This document shows, piece after piece, positions 47,297 to 54,785 of a DNA stretch of 54,785 bases. Under the pieces are notes generated by a model. The model was not told the origin of the DNA and ran no database searches. It saw only the letters and a list, made by a program, of their open reading frames with translations. The DNA lies in contig CAZKTW010000002.1 in the NCBI GenBank assembly GCA_964555775.1, positions 1 through 54,785 of the forward strand. The letters run 5' to 3'. The stretch's first letter is position 1. The number at the start of each line of letters is the position of its first letter. The position numbers and the translations under genes were made by a program. Origin of the DNA: an uncultured Bifidobacteriaceae bacterium. Its GTDB lineage: Bacteria > Verrucomicrobiota > Verrucomicrobiia > Limisphaerales > UBA11358.

Positions 47297-49573
47297 TTAC
47301 TGGTCGACATCGTCGAATACTGAACGTGAATCATCACCGCCTCCGCTGTGAGATCCGCCACGGTAATCATCAGAATCAGGTTCTTGCGGTTGCCCTCGCC
47401 TCAAGTCCTCCACAAGCTCTTCAATTTCTACCAATGCGGAATCAATTTTTGAAACGGCCTTTGAATCCTGCGCAAGTTCGCTTTTATAATCCTTCAGGGC
47501 ATCAACAAGCGATTCAAAGTGACTTTCGGGGTCTCTTTCGTTGTCCCAATTATGCTGCCAGTGAGAAATCTCGTCGTCTATATTTGGAATTAACTTCGTT
47601 CTCACGTCTTCCATGATTTGGGTGAATTCTTCCGGCTTAATCATTTTCCGAATGCCTTCAGTGAGAAACCCGGAATCTGGCGTCTCGACTGCCAATCCTC
47701 GAATGATAGAAACAACAGATGCTCTTGTGACTTCATGGAGAATACCAAATTCATGAAGTCTTACGAAGACATCAACGTCAGACACAGCAGTCAGATAAGA
47801 GCCGACACTTAATGACGAAATAAATTGAGTATTTCGCTCGATATAGCGCGACAGAAACTTTTGGTCGCACCGAAATGCAAGAAACGAGTGCAATGACCTT
47901 TGATTGTCTGACGTTGAAGTGTCAAATTTTTCAAGTCGGGTAATCAGCGTGTCGTAACGGTCTTGCGGAACAATAACTTTTACACCTTGAATGCCAACAT
48001 CGCCACATGAGACTTCCCCAAACAACTTTGCAATTGGAGTTCCAGCAAGATAGATGTCCAGCAATTCACGGTCTTCTGCCACTACTGTTGCAAAGGCATC
48101 TCGGATCGTCGGATGTTTGAAGCGCCACAAGTAAGCACCTGCTTGTAGTAACTGAAGAATGAGGCTGCCATCCAGTGCATTGAGCGCATTGCGCACATCT
48201 GAAAGCGAGCCGCCGAGTAGTGTAATCGCTCGCTCTTCGTCGGGAGACATTTTTACTGGGCTGGCGAGCGACCCACCGCGCATGAATACCAATGCCAAAG
48301 CAGAACGGCTTCCGGCATCGAGGGTCTGAATAATTTCACAAAGTAATTCAAGCGGACGCTCCACGAAATCATCTAAATCGTCTTTAGCGATTACCAAGTG
48401 CTTTGTGAATAATGGATTGCCAAGCCGCCTCGCTATTTCGGGGCTAAAGCGAGGATGGGCCGAGACATTTGGTAGATAAGATTTTATTTGGGTCTTGAAT
48501 CGCCTCGGCTGACCTCCTAGGCGGACATGATTGTAGAGAATCTGTTCGCGCTCTTCCTTCGTGAGTTGTTCAACATGAATCACGACTTGCGATTCACGAA
48601 TGACAGGAAGTGCCGATTCTTTCAAGTGCTGTTTCGCTGAACGATAGATATAGTCGCGTGAAGTGAAAAGCACTCTTGCACCACGACGAATGGCAGCATG
48701 TATATGTGGAAATGTTTGATTCCAACTTGCCACGCTTGACCAATCAAATTGAGTCGCTCCAAAAGCATCATTCACCCAAAAGAATTGCTTTGGCTCATGC
48801 GGGTTTGATCGCGCAACGAACTCACTTGCGTCACGGATTTTGAGTGTCGAGCATCTCCATTCATCCAATGCACCTACGGCTAAAGCAGCAGCGATTGTTG
48901 ATTTGCCACAGGCTGGCTCGCCCAAAAGCAGCACAAATCCATGTTCTACCAATGCCTTCGCACTACGCTGGTAGGCATCTGTAATGACAAATTTCGACAA
49001 ATCATCGCCGAGTGCGCTCAATATCTCGCGTGCTTGGTCATAACCCCGCTCATCCAGAATTTGACCAAGATCACCCAGGCCATAAACACGAGGAACTAAC
49101 ATTCGCAGTCGGGATGAGTCGCGAATGAAATGGGAAATCCGGTCACCACCATATGCTGCAAACTTTTTGATGCCGGCAATCTCAAGAAATGCATTCTGGA
49201 TGGTTTCCTCATTCGTTCCGGTAAGGCGCGCATTAGTGAAAAGAAAGTAGTTGTCGGAGAGACCACGAGCAGCGAGGCGCTTTGCTTTATCGAGTTCGTC
49301 AGTCAAGTCAGCAAGCTGTATTTGCTTGTCTGCTTTTGCTGTGAATTTGCATTGTGCTGTGAATGACCCCTCGAACACTTCACCTGATTTTGATTTCCAT
49401 GTTCCTTGAAATGCGCCGTCCCTTCCTCCATCGTGTGAATCAAAGAAACTCTGAACGGTCTGCCCCCACACTTCGCCCACAATTGTGACACACAGAGTTT
49501 GAAATGCTTTCCAGCCGAGTGTATGGAGTTCGCATGTAATCTCGGACGCCTGGACTTTGCTTGGGGCATTCAT
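47297..49573 (-). CDS. Mrr-like PD-(D/E)xK nuclease + P-loop NTPase + long helical C-terminal domain protein (candidate defence protein)
   Basis: 'HDGGRDG' (nt 49435-49415) and 'AQCK' (49357-49346) give the Mrr_cat-type core. Walker A is 'GEPACGKST' (48922-48896) and Walker B-like is 'FFWVNDAF' (48784-48761). G+C is low. The start is ATG 49573; the ORF is open to 49633. Confidence 0.65.
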   Translation of the reverse strand: MNAPSKVQASEITCELHTLGWKAFQTLCVTIVGEVWGQTVQSFFDSHDGGRDGAFQGTWKSKSGEVFEGSFTAQCKFTAKADKQIQLADLTDELDKAKRLAARGLSDNYFLFTNARLTGTNEETIQNAFLEIAGIKKFAAYGGDRISHFIRDSSRLRMLVPRVYGLGDLGQILDERGYDQAREILSALGDDLSKFVITDAYQRSAKALVEHGFVLLLGEPACGKSTIAAALAVGALDEWRCSTLKIRDASEFVARSNPHEPKQFFWVNDAFGATQFDWSSVASWNQTFPHIHAAIRRGARVLFTSRDYIYRSAKQHLKESALPVIRESQVVIHVEQLTKEEREQILYNHVRLGGQPRRFKTQIKSYLPNVSAHPRFSPEIARRLGNPLFTKHLVIAKDDLDDFVERPLELLCEIIQTLDAGSRSALALVFMRGGSLASPVKMSPDEERAITLLGGSLSDVRNALNALDGSLILQLLQAGAYLWRFKHPTIRDAFATVVAEDRELLDIYLAGTPIAKLFGEVSCGDVGIQGVKVIVPQDRYDTLITRLEKFDTSTSDNQRSLHSFLAFRCDQKFLSRYIERNTQFISSLSVGSYLTAVSDVDVFVRLHEFGILHEVTRASVVSIIRGLAVETPDSGFLTEGIRKMIKPEEFTQIMEDVRTKLIPNIDDEISHWQHNWDNERDPESHFESLVDALKDYKSELAQDSKAVSKIDSALVEIEELVEDLRRGQPQEPDSDDYRGGSHSGGGDDSRSVFDDVDQ

Positions 49574-49629
49574 CACGGAAGAAGACTTCTTAAGTCGAGC
49601 CGCGGGCTCGACGCTACAATCCCCGTCTC

Positions 49630-49749
49630 CCAAGCATGGCGCGCCTCATCTTCCTGGCAAGCAGGGGAAAGATGAAATTTCTCGTCGGTCCAAAAATCCG
49701 CCACAAGCTGTTTCACCCGCCCAAAGGTTGCCTCGAAGGTCGTCAACAT
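49630..49749 (-). pseudogene. Remnant resembling the N-terminus of a type I/IIG restriction-modification enzyme (HsdR_N-like leader)
   Basis: 'MLTTFEATFGRVKQLVADFWTDEKFHLSPACQEDEARHAW' resembles the '..LV..F......Y.S..Y.E.E.R.(D/E)FI' N-termini of Eco57I-like/type I enzymes. The similarity ends at about 49630, next to a perfect palindrome (49594-49612). Confidence 0.35.
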
Positions 49750-49835
49750 GAGTTTGGAGTGTGCGCCGGAGCGGCGGCGGCGGCAATAAATTAGTTGCTG
49801 GTTGATGAGGGCCGGGAAAAGCAGCAATTGAAAAT

Positions 49836-49872
49836 TTGCGCCTTTGCATATCCGCGTCTTTGCGTTAAAAAC
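49836..49872 (+). repeat. Family E repeat near the right edge of the dnaX/ybaB insertion
   Basis: ttgcgcctttgcatatccgcgtctttgcgttaaaaac. Confidence 0.6.
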
Positions 49873-49913
49873 ATTTTTGCGTTTTCCGTGCGTTTTTCAA
49901 TCGGTTCTGAGCG

Positions 49914-49939
49914 GCGCGCACGGAGTGACGCGCCCTACC
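49914..49939 (-). repeat. Right 26-nt inverted repeat bounding the dnaX/ybaB insertion
   Basis: gcgcgcacggagtgacgcgccctacc. Confidence 0.8.
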
Positions 49940-49997
49940 ATCAAACAATTTGGCAATATCGGATTGGAATTTTTACATGCTCATGTAATCTGCCGGC

Positions 49998-50309
49998 ATG
50001 TCGAGCATTGGAAAACTGATGAAACAGGCTGCGCGAATGCAGCAACAAATGGAACAGGTGCAAACCCAACTGGCGGCGCGCACCGTGGAGGCCACCAGCG
50101 GCGGCGGCGCGGTCAAGGTCATTGCCAAATGCGATGGCAGCATCGCCTCCATCAAGATTGATCCCCAGGCGCTCAATCCCGCCGATGCGCAGTTGCTGGA
50201 GGACATGATTGTGACCGCCGCAAATCAGGCTCTCGGCCAGGCCAAGGACATTTCCAATACGGAAATGGGGAAAATCACCTCCGGATTGAGCCTGCCGGGG
50301 ATGGGATGA
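49998..50309 (+). CDS. ybaB: YbaB/EbfC-family nucleoid-associated protein
   Basis: 'LMKQAARMQQQMEQVQ..L....VEATSGGGAVKV...DG.I.SIKIDP', 103 aa. Confidence 0.95.
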   Translation: MSSIGKLMKQAARMQQQMEQVQTQLAARTVEATSGGGAVKVIAKCDGSIASIKIDPQALNPADAQLLEDMIVTAANQALGQAKDISNTEMGKITSGLSLPGMG

Positions 50310-50315
50310 AATAAA

Positions 50316-50375
50316 TCGTCCTCGGCCTCCTCCTCGCACTCGTAATCGAGAAACCGAGGACGAGGACGAGGACGA
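50316..50375 (+). promoter_or_regulatory. Long imperfect hairpin built from (cgagga) x4 repeats between ybaB and recR
   Basis: The left arm 50316-36 pairs with 50355-75 at 19/21. The 18-nt loop holds the mini-hairpin ctcg-taat-cgag. The recR SD-like gaggagga (50374-81) abuts the 3' arm. Confidence 0.5.
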
Positions 50376-50384
50376 GGAGGACTG

Positions 50385-50981
50385 ATGTTACCCGATTCCA
50401 TCACCGAGTTGATTTCCGCCCTGGCCCGGCTACCCGGCGTCGGGCCGCGTTCCGCCGAACGCATGGCCCTGCATCTTGTCCAGGCCGAGTCGGTGGCGGT
50501 GAAGCAACTGGCGGACGCGATGGTTCATGCCCGGGAGAAAATCCAGTTTTGCACCACCTGCGGTGCACTGACTGAAAAATCCCCGTGCTCCATCTGCACC
50601 GATGACCGGCGCGATGCCGCGCTGGTGTGCGTGGTGGAACGGGCGGTGGACATTTTGAGCGTGGAAAAATCCGGCACCTATCGCGGCAAATTTCATGTGC
50701 TCGGGGGAAAAATTTCGCCTCTCGACGGGGTTGAGCCGGACGATCTGCGGATTGCCGGATTGGAAAAGCGCCTGACCCGGGAGCCGATCAAGGAGGTGGT
50801 CATCGCCCTGGGCATGGACGTGGAGGGAGACGCGACAAGTTATTATCTGGCCAAACGGCTGGCGCGCCCGGGGCTGAAAATTTCCCGCATTGCCTACGGT
50901 TTGCCAGCCGGCAGCGGACTGGAATTTGCGGACGAACTGACGTTGAGCCGGGCACTGGAAGGACGAAGGGAGATGAACTGA
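50385..50981 (+). CDS. recR: Recombination protein RecR
   Basis: 'LISALARLPGVGPRSAERMALHL' (HhH), the C4 zinc finger 'CTTCGALTE..PCSIC', and a Toprim region ('VVE...D'). Confidence 0.97.
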   Translation: MLPDSITELISALARLPGVGPRSAERMALHLVQAESVAVKQLADAMVHAREKIQFCTTCGALTEKSPCSICTDDRRDAALVCVVERAVDILSVEKSGTYRGKFHVLGGKISPLDGVEPDDLRIAGLEKRLTREPIKEVVIALGMDVEGDATSYYLAKRLARPGLKISRIAYGLPAGSGLEFADELTLSRALEGRREMN

Positions 50982-51272
50982 TTTTCGATGGCCAAAATCG
51001 GAACAAACTTGGGTGGGGCGGGCAGTTCCCTGCCCCGCTCGTTCAAACGCAAACAACGGCGCGCACGGAGTAGGCGCGTTGCCCAACCGTTTGGCGCGGA
51101 TCGCGGCTGTCCCAGCCGCAGCATGTTCGACCATGCAAAACTTTCCGGCATTTCGTGTGCTCATTTAGCAATGCTGGCTGCTGCGGGTGGGACACCCGCG
51201 GTCCGGTCCTTTGGGCAACACGCCCGAGTAACGCGCCTGGCAATTTCGAGCCGGCTTGGATGATATGAATCC

Positions 51273-51875
51273 ATGAATTCTCCCGTTGTTGTCTTTGACC
51301 TGGGCAAAGTGTTGGTGGATTTCGACTATTCGATTGCCGCCCGCCGGATTGCCGCCCAAAGCCAAAAACCGCTGGCTGAAATCAAGGTGCTGATCGAGCA
51401 ATCCCGATTCATCATTGATTACGAGACCGGACGGGTGACGCGCCAGGAATTCTATGAGCGGGTGCGGGAAGCGACCGGCTTTGGCGGAACCCTTGGCGAG
51501 TTCAGCGGTTTTTTCGCGGACATTTTTTCTGAAATTCCGCTGATGATCGAATTGCACGCCAGCCTGCGCCGTCGCGGCATGCCGACCTGGATTTTTTCGA
51601 ACACCAACGACCTCGCGGTTGAGCATATCCGGAAGAATTTCCCCTTTTTCCAGAATTTTGACGGTTATATTCTATCCTACGAAGTGGGGGCCATGAAGCC
51701 GGACGCCAAAATTTATGAAGCGCTGGAAAAAATCACCGGACGCCACGGGACGGACATTTTATATCTGGACGACCGGGCCGAAAACGTAGCGGGAGGCGCG
51801 GCGCGAAGCTGGCGGACGATTCTGCATGAAACTCCGGAAAAAACGCTCGCGGCGGTGGAAAAGCTTCAGTTGTAG
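51273..51875 (+). CDS. HAD-superfamily hydrolase (subfamily IA-like)
   Basis: Motif I 'VVVFDLGKVLVD', motif II 'IFSNTN', 'MKPD', and motif IV 'LYLDDRAENV'. Confidence 0.8.
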   Translation: MNSPVVVFDLGKVLVDFDYSIAARRIAAQSQKPLAEIKVLIEQSRFIIDYETGRVTRQEFYERVREATGFGGTLGEFSGFFADIFSEIPLMIELHASLRRRGMPTWIFSNTNDLAVEHIRKNFPFFQNFDGYILSYEVGAMKPDAKIYEALEKITGRHGTDILYLDDRAENVAGGAARSWRTILHETPEKTLAAVEKLQL

Positions 51876-51922
51876 AGTCGGTGTCGAGCGCCGATACTTC
51901 AAGTCACACACTTGCACGACCG

Positions 51923-52204
51923 TTAATTCAAACGCGGCTTGATGGGTTTAACCGGTTTGAGGCCGACCTCGTGGGCGATGTCGTCGAATTCCTCGTGGCT
52001 GACGGTTTCGAGTTTTTTGCCGCGCGCCTTGAGCTTTTCGTTGATCTTGATGGCTTTCTCGGTCATCTGCTCATGCGTGCCTTCCGTTCCGCCAATCAAC
52101 GCAAAATTCGGCCCGGTAGTGAGACGTTTGTGACCGTCCGAATCCAATCCGACGCCCAGCATTAGTGCTTTGCGTTTCTTCTTTTGGGAGCCGTCTGACA
52201 TCAA
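51923..52204 (-). CDS. Small conserved-looking hypothetical protein
   Basis: 93-aa ORF with a basic N-terminus ('SQKKKRKALMLGVGLDSDGHKRLTTG'). It shows ordinary codon usage and fits the gap cleanly. Confidence 0.45.
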   Translation of the reverse strand: MMSDGSQKKKRKALMLGVGLDSDGHKRLTTGPNFALIGGTEGTHEQMTEKAIKINEKLKARGKKLETVSHEEFDDIAHEVGLKPVKPIKPRLN

Positions 52205-52259
52205 TTCAGCCTAGATGCGAATGCCGTTGTGGTCAAGGACGTGGCAGCCCAATAACCAT

Positions 52260-52994
52260 CTAATCATTCGCGCCGCGGATGGGTACGGTCAGCGGACGGC
52301 CATTGTCCGAAGGGCCGAGTTTCAACAGGAACGGCACGGCGGCTTTCGCCCATTCGAGCGGCGACGGGTAGCCTGACGCCGAACCGCCAAAGCAACTGCG
52401 CAGCATGTCGGTATTGATGATGCCGGGATTGAGCGGCACGGCGGCCATGCCCGGTGGCAATTCCTGCGCCAGGGCCTGCGTAAGCCCTTCAATCGCCCAC
52501 TTGGTGGCGCAATAGGGCGCAACTTCCGCCGCCGTCGAACGGCCCCAGCCGGAACTGAAATTGACGATGACCCCGGTGCCGCGGGCGACCATCGCCGGCA
52601 CAAAATGGTGGATGACATTTGCCGAGCCCTTGAGATTTACGTCCACCACGTCGGAAAACTCTTTCGCACTGATCTGCCAGAGCGGCGCGTTGCGGTTGAT
52701 GCGCCCGGCATTGTTGAGCAGCAAATCAGGCGCTCCGCGGGTTTCCAAAATGCCTTTCGCCCAGGCGGCAACCTGCTTATCAGTGGAAACATCAACGGTG
52801 GCAAAGTGGCTTGGCGGCGGAAATTGTTTCTGCAAATGCGCGATCTCCGTTTCCGAACGTCCGCAGCCGACAACGGTATGCCCAAGGCGGATGAATTCAC
52901 CGGCCATGGCGCATCCCAGCCCGCGCGTTGCGCCGGTGATCAAAATCATCTTTCCAGTGCCTTTCACACTTTTGTCTGGCTTCTCGCCTGCCAT
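52260..52994 (-). CDS. Short-chain dehydrogenase/reductase (SDR)
   Basis: 'ILITGATRGLG' (TGxxxGxG), 'LLNNAG' and 'YCATKWAIEG' (YxxxK). Confidence 0.9.
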   Translation of the reverse strand: MAGEKPDKSVKGTGKMILITGATRGLGCAMAGEFIRLGHTVVGCGRSETEIAHLQKQFPPPSHFATVDVSTDKQVAAWAKGILETRGAPDLLLNNAGRINRNAPLWQISAKEFSDVVDVNLKGSANVIHHFVPAMVARGTGVIVNFSSGWGRSTAAEVAPYCATKWAIEGLTQALAQELPPGMAAVPLNPGIINTDMLRSCFGGSASGYPSPLEWAKAAVPFLLKLGPSDNGRPLTVPIRGAND

Positions 52995-53062
52995 CGCCGG
53001 GCGTGGCAAGTCGGACGGCTCGCACTAAAGCGCTCGCAGACAGGCGAGACGCCTATCCTACT

Positions 53063-54022
53063 TTAAGTTCGCGGATCGAATTTGGATTCGCGTTTGAGTT
53101 GCTCCCATATTTTTTTCTCTGCGTCTGATATTTTTGCCGGCACAACAATTTTGGTGACGACCAGCAAATCGCCCGTCGGCGGCAGGCCGCGTCCGCGCAC
53201 ACGGAGTTTCTGGCCGCTCTGCGTTCCGGCAGGAATTTTGATGTTCACGCGGCCGGTGAGCGTCGGCACGGAAATTTCCGCACCGAGCACGGCTTCCCAC
53301 GGCGCGAGTTCGGCCTCGTAAAGCAGATGGTGATCTTCAACTTCAAAGTCGGGATGTTTTGCCAGGCGGACGCGAAGATATAAATCGCCTGCCGCACCGC
53401 CGCCGGAACCGTGCTCGCCGCGTCCGGTAATCCGCAACCGCTGGCCTTCAGCGACGCCCGCGGGGATTTTGACCTGGTGCGTTTCGGTGCGCGAGCCGTG
53501 TTGCACGCTGACGGAACGAACCGAGCCGCGCGCGGCCTCTTCGAGCGTAACCATGATGTCGCCCTCCACGTCGCGTCCGCGGGCGGCGAATTCCTCCTCG
53601 GAAAAACCGGGTGAACGGCCAAAGCCGCCCGCACCGCCACGCATCCGTGATCCGAACAACTGTTCGAAGAAATCGCTGAAGCCCGTGCCGCCAAAGTGGG
53701 TTTCAAAATCCACACCGCCGGTCCCGCGGCCGCGGGAATTTTGTCCGCCGGCGAAGTCTTCCCAACCGGACGGCGGACGAAAGTCGGCGCCCGACTTCCA
53801 GTTGGCGCCGAGCTCATCATATTTCTTGCGCTTCGCCGAATCGCCCAGAACCTCGTAAGCCTCGTTGATTTCCTTGAATTTTTCCTCGGCCTTCTTTTTG
53901 TCTTTGGCGACGTCAGGATGATATTGCCGCGCGAGTTTGCGGAAGGATTTTTTGATTTCCTCGTCACTCGCCGTACGGGGCACGCCAAGGATTTCGTAGT
54001 AATCTTTGTATTGAACAGGCAT
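53063..54022 (-). CDS. cbpA: DnaJ-class co-chaperone without a zinc finger (CbpA type)
   Basis: J domain '[24 protein letters not shown]', a G/F-rich linker, and C-terminal substrate domains. No CxxCxGxG repeats. Confidence 0.85.
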   Translation of the reverse strand: MPVQYKDYYEILGVPRTASDEEIKKSFRKLARQYHPDVAKDKKKAEEKFKEINEAYEVLGDSAKRKKYDELGANWKSGADFRPPSGWEDFAGGQNSRGRGTGGVDFETHFGGTGFSDFFEQLFGSRMRGGAGGFGRSPGFSEEEFAARGRDVEGDIMVTLEEAARGSVRSVSVQHGSRTETHQVKIPAGVAEGQRLRITGRGEHGSGGGAAGDLYLRVRLAKHPDFEVEDHHLLYEAELAPWEAVLGAEISVPTLTGRVNIKIPAGTQSGQKLRVRGRGLPPTGDLLVVTKIVVPAKISDAEKKIWEQLKRESKFDPRT

Positions 54023-54135
54023 AGATGCCGCCCTGGTTCAGGCAGCGTTCCGCAAGAATGTGCCCACCGCAGGGGTTTTGTCAAAATTTTGCGGATTGGG
54101 GGATGTGACTCAATTTGCCGTGGTAGGGAAGCCAT

Positions 54136-54171
54136 GCGATGTCCCTGCCGCAGACAAGGACAGTGTCCAAG
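54136..54171 (-). repeat. Dispersed repeat family D, inverted copy
   Basis: gcgatgtccctgccgcagacaaggacagtgtccaag. Confidence 0.75.
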
Positions 54172-54333
54172 TGCGCCCCGTTCCAACCTCATTCCGGCGT
54201 GAAGTTGCCGTTTTTTTCACGTTGACCGGCGAATGTTACGAGCCCGGGGTTTTGTCACCGGATTGTAACAATCCCGCCGCATGTTCGTAACGCTGCCGTT
54301 TCAATCTTACATCGAAATCTGAACCCATAAACC

Positions 54334-54785
54334 ATGAAAAAGCTAAGAAAGCATAAAACTTCCCCAAAAATAGTGCTGTTTGCCGGCGCAACGACGTTGA
54401 TGGCTCTCACGCCGCAAATCCAGGCGCAAACGTCCGTGGACGCGTTGCTCAACAAACTGGAGCAAAAGGGCATCCTCACGGTGGATGAAGCAAAGGAATT
54501 GAAGGCTGAAAACCAGCAGGATTCCGCCGCCGACCTGAACAAGGCCATGAACTCCAAATTCCAGATGCCGGACTGGGTGACAAGTTACAAATTATATGGC
54601 GACTTTCGCGGACGGTTTGACGACGAACTCACGGACAGCCCCGGCAACACCGCGACGGGATTGGGCGGTCAGGACCGCATCCGTCTGCGCTACCGTTTGC
54701 GAGTGGGTTTGAACGTCAACCTGAAGGACGACCTGCAGGTGGGCTTTCGGCTGGGCTCGGGCGATTCCGGCGGCAATGCCTTGTC
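54334..54785 (+). CDS. Putative outer-membrane porin (3' end outside window)
   Basis: ATG 54334 opens with the signal 'MKKLRKHKTSPKIVLFAGATTLMALTPQIQAQ', then a coiled 'LLNKLEQKGILT..EA.ELK' lead-in and beta-strand-like 'YKLYGDFRGRFD' and 'IRLRYRLRVGLNV'. The frame is open to the window end. Confidence 0.6.
   Translation, partial: MKKLRKHKTSPKIVLFAGATTLMALTPQIQAQTSVDALLNKLEQKGILTVDEAKELKAENQQDSAADLNKAMNSKFQMPDWVTSYKLYGDFRGRFDDELTDSPGNTATGLGGQDRIRLRYRLRVGLNVNLKDDLQVGFRLGSGDSGGNAL

Noticed and set aside
49573-49633. 20-codon N-terminal extension of the nuclease-NTPase ORF (MGDGDCSVEPAARLKKSSSV)
   Set aside because: The extension is encoded by the palindromic REP (49594-49612). ATG 49573 ('MNAPSKVQ') is the more plausible start.
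46004-49939. Interpretation of the island as a prophage, an integrative element or a complete IS/transposon
   Set aside because: There is no integrase, transposase or phage structural gene. No tRNA/att site and no direct target duplication was seen next to the 26-nt inverted repeats. It is retained only as an insertion or hot-spot cassette of unknown mechanism.
54255-54557. 100-aa minus-strand ORF
   Set aside because: It is antisense to the better-supported porin-like ORF (signal peptide, open to the window end).

Overview
High-GC bacterial chromosomal segment. It is probably from a Verrucomicrobiota or other PVC-group organism; this is an inference from a PVC-restricted conserved protein, TMTC-like TPR membrane proteins, a giant beta-helix protein and the style of the intergenic repeats. 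About 50 genes are called, and most are housekeeping. They include: PHP-type histidinol phosphatase, thrH, gpsA-plsY, a GnnA-like oxidoreductase with lpxB, a HIT protein, phoH-ybeY-DUF502-recO, a hybrid sensor kinase, an AsmA-family protein, rnd, fbaB, pirin, an FAH-family protein, an M16 peptidase, acnA, SRP RNA-dnaX-ybaB-recR, cbpA and a porin. No rRNA, tRNA or CRISPR array was found. The main accessory feature is a roughly 3.9 kb insertion of lower G+C (46004-49939) that splits the normally contiguous dnaX-ybaB-recR cluster. It carries a 758-778 aa protein with an Mrr-like PD-(D/E)xK nuclease N-terminus, a P-loop NTPase and a long unassigned helical C-terminus, followed by a RhuM-family gene. 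A remnant of a restriction-modification enzyme N-terminus lies upstream, and 26-nt inverted repeats lie just outside the genes. This is my best candidate for an uncharacterised anti-phage or conflict module. Other accessory content: two RayT/IS200-like HUH Y1 transposase genes, each with its own REP hairpin family (one gene interrupted by an in-frame TAA); an AT-rich HTH gene flanked by inverted repeats; a small toxin-antitoxin cluster; and a MITE-like element. Arrays of 6-7 nt period repeats also recur in intergenic regions and, unusually, in frame inside both copies of a tandemly duplicated TMTC-like gene. All calls come from reading the translations and the DNA by eye. No database search was run.
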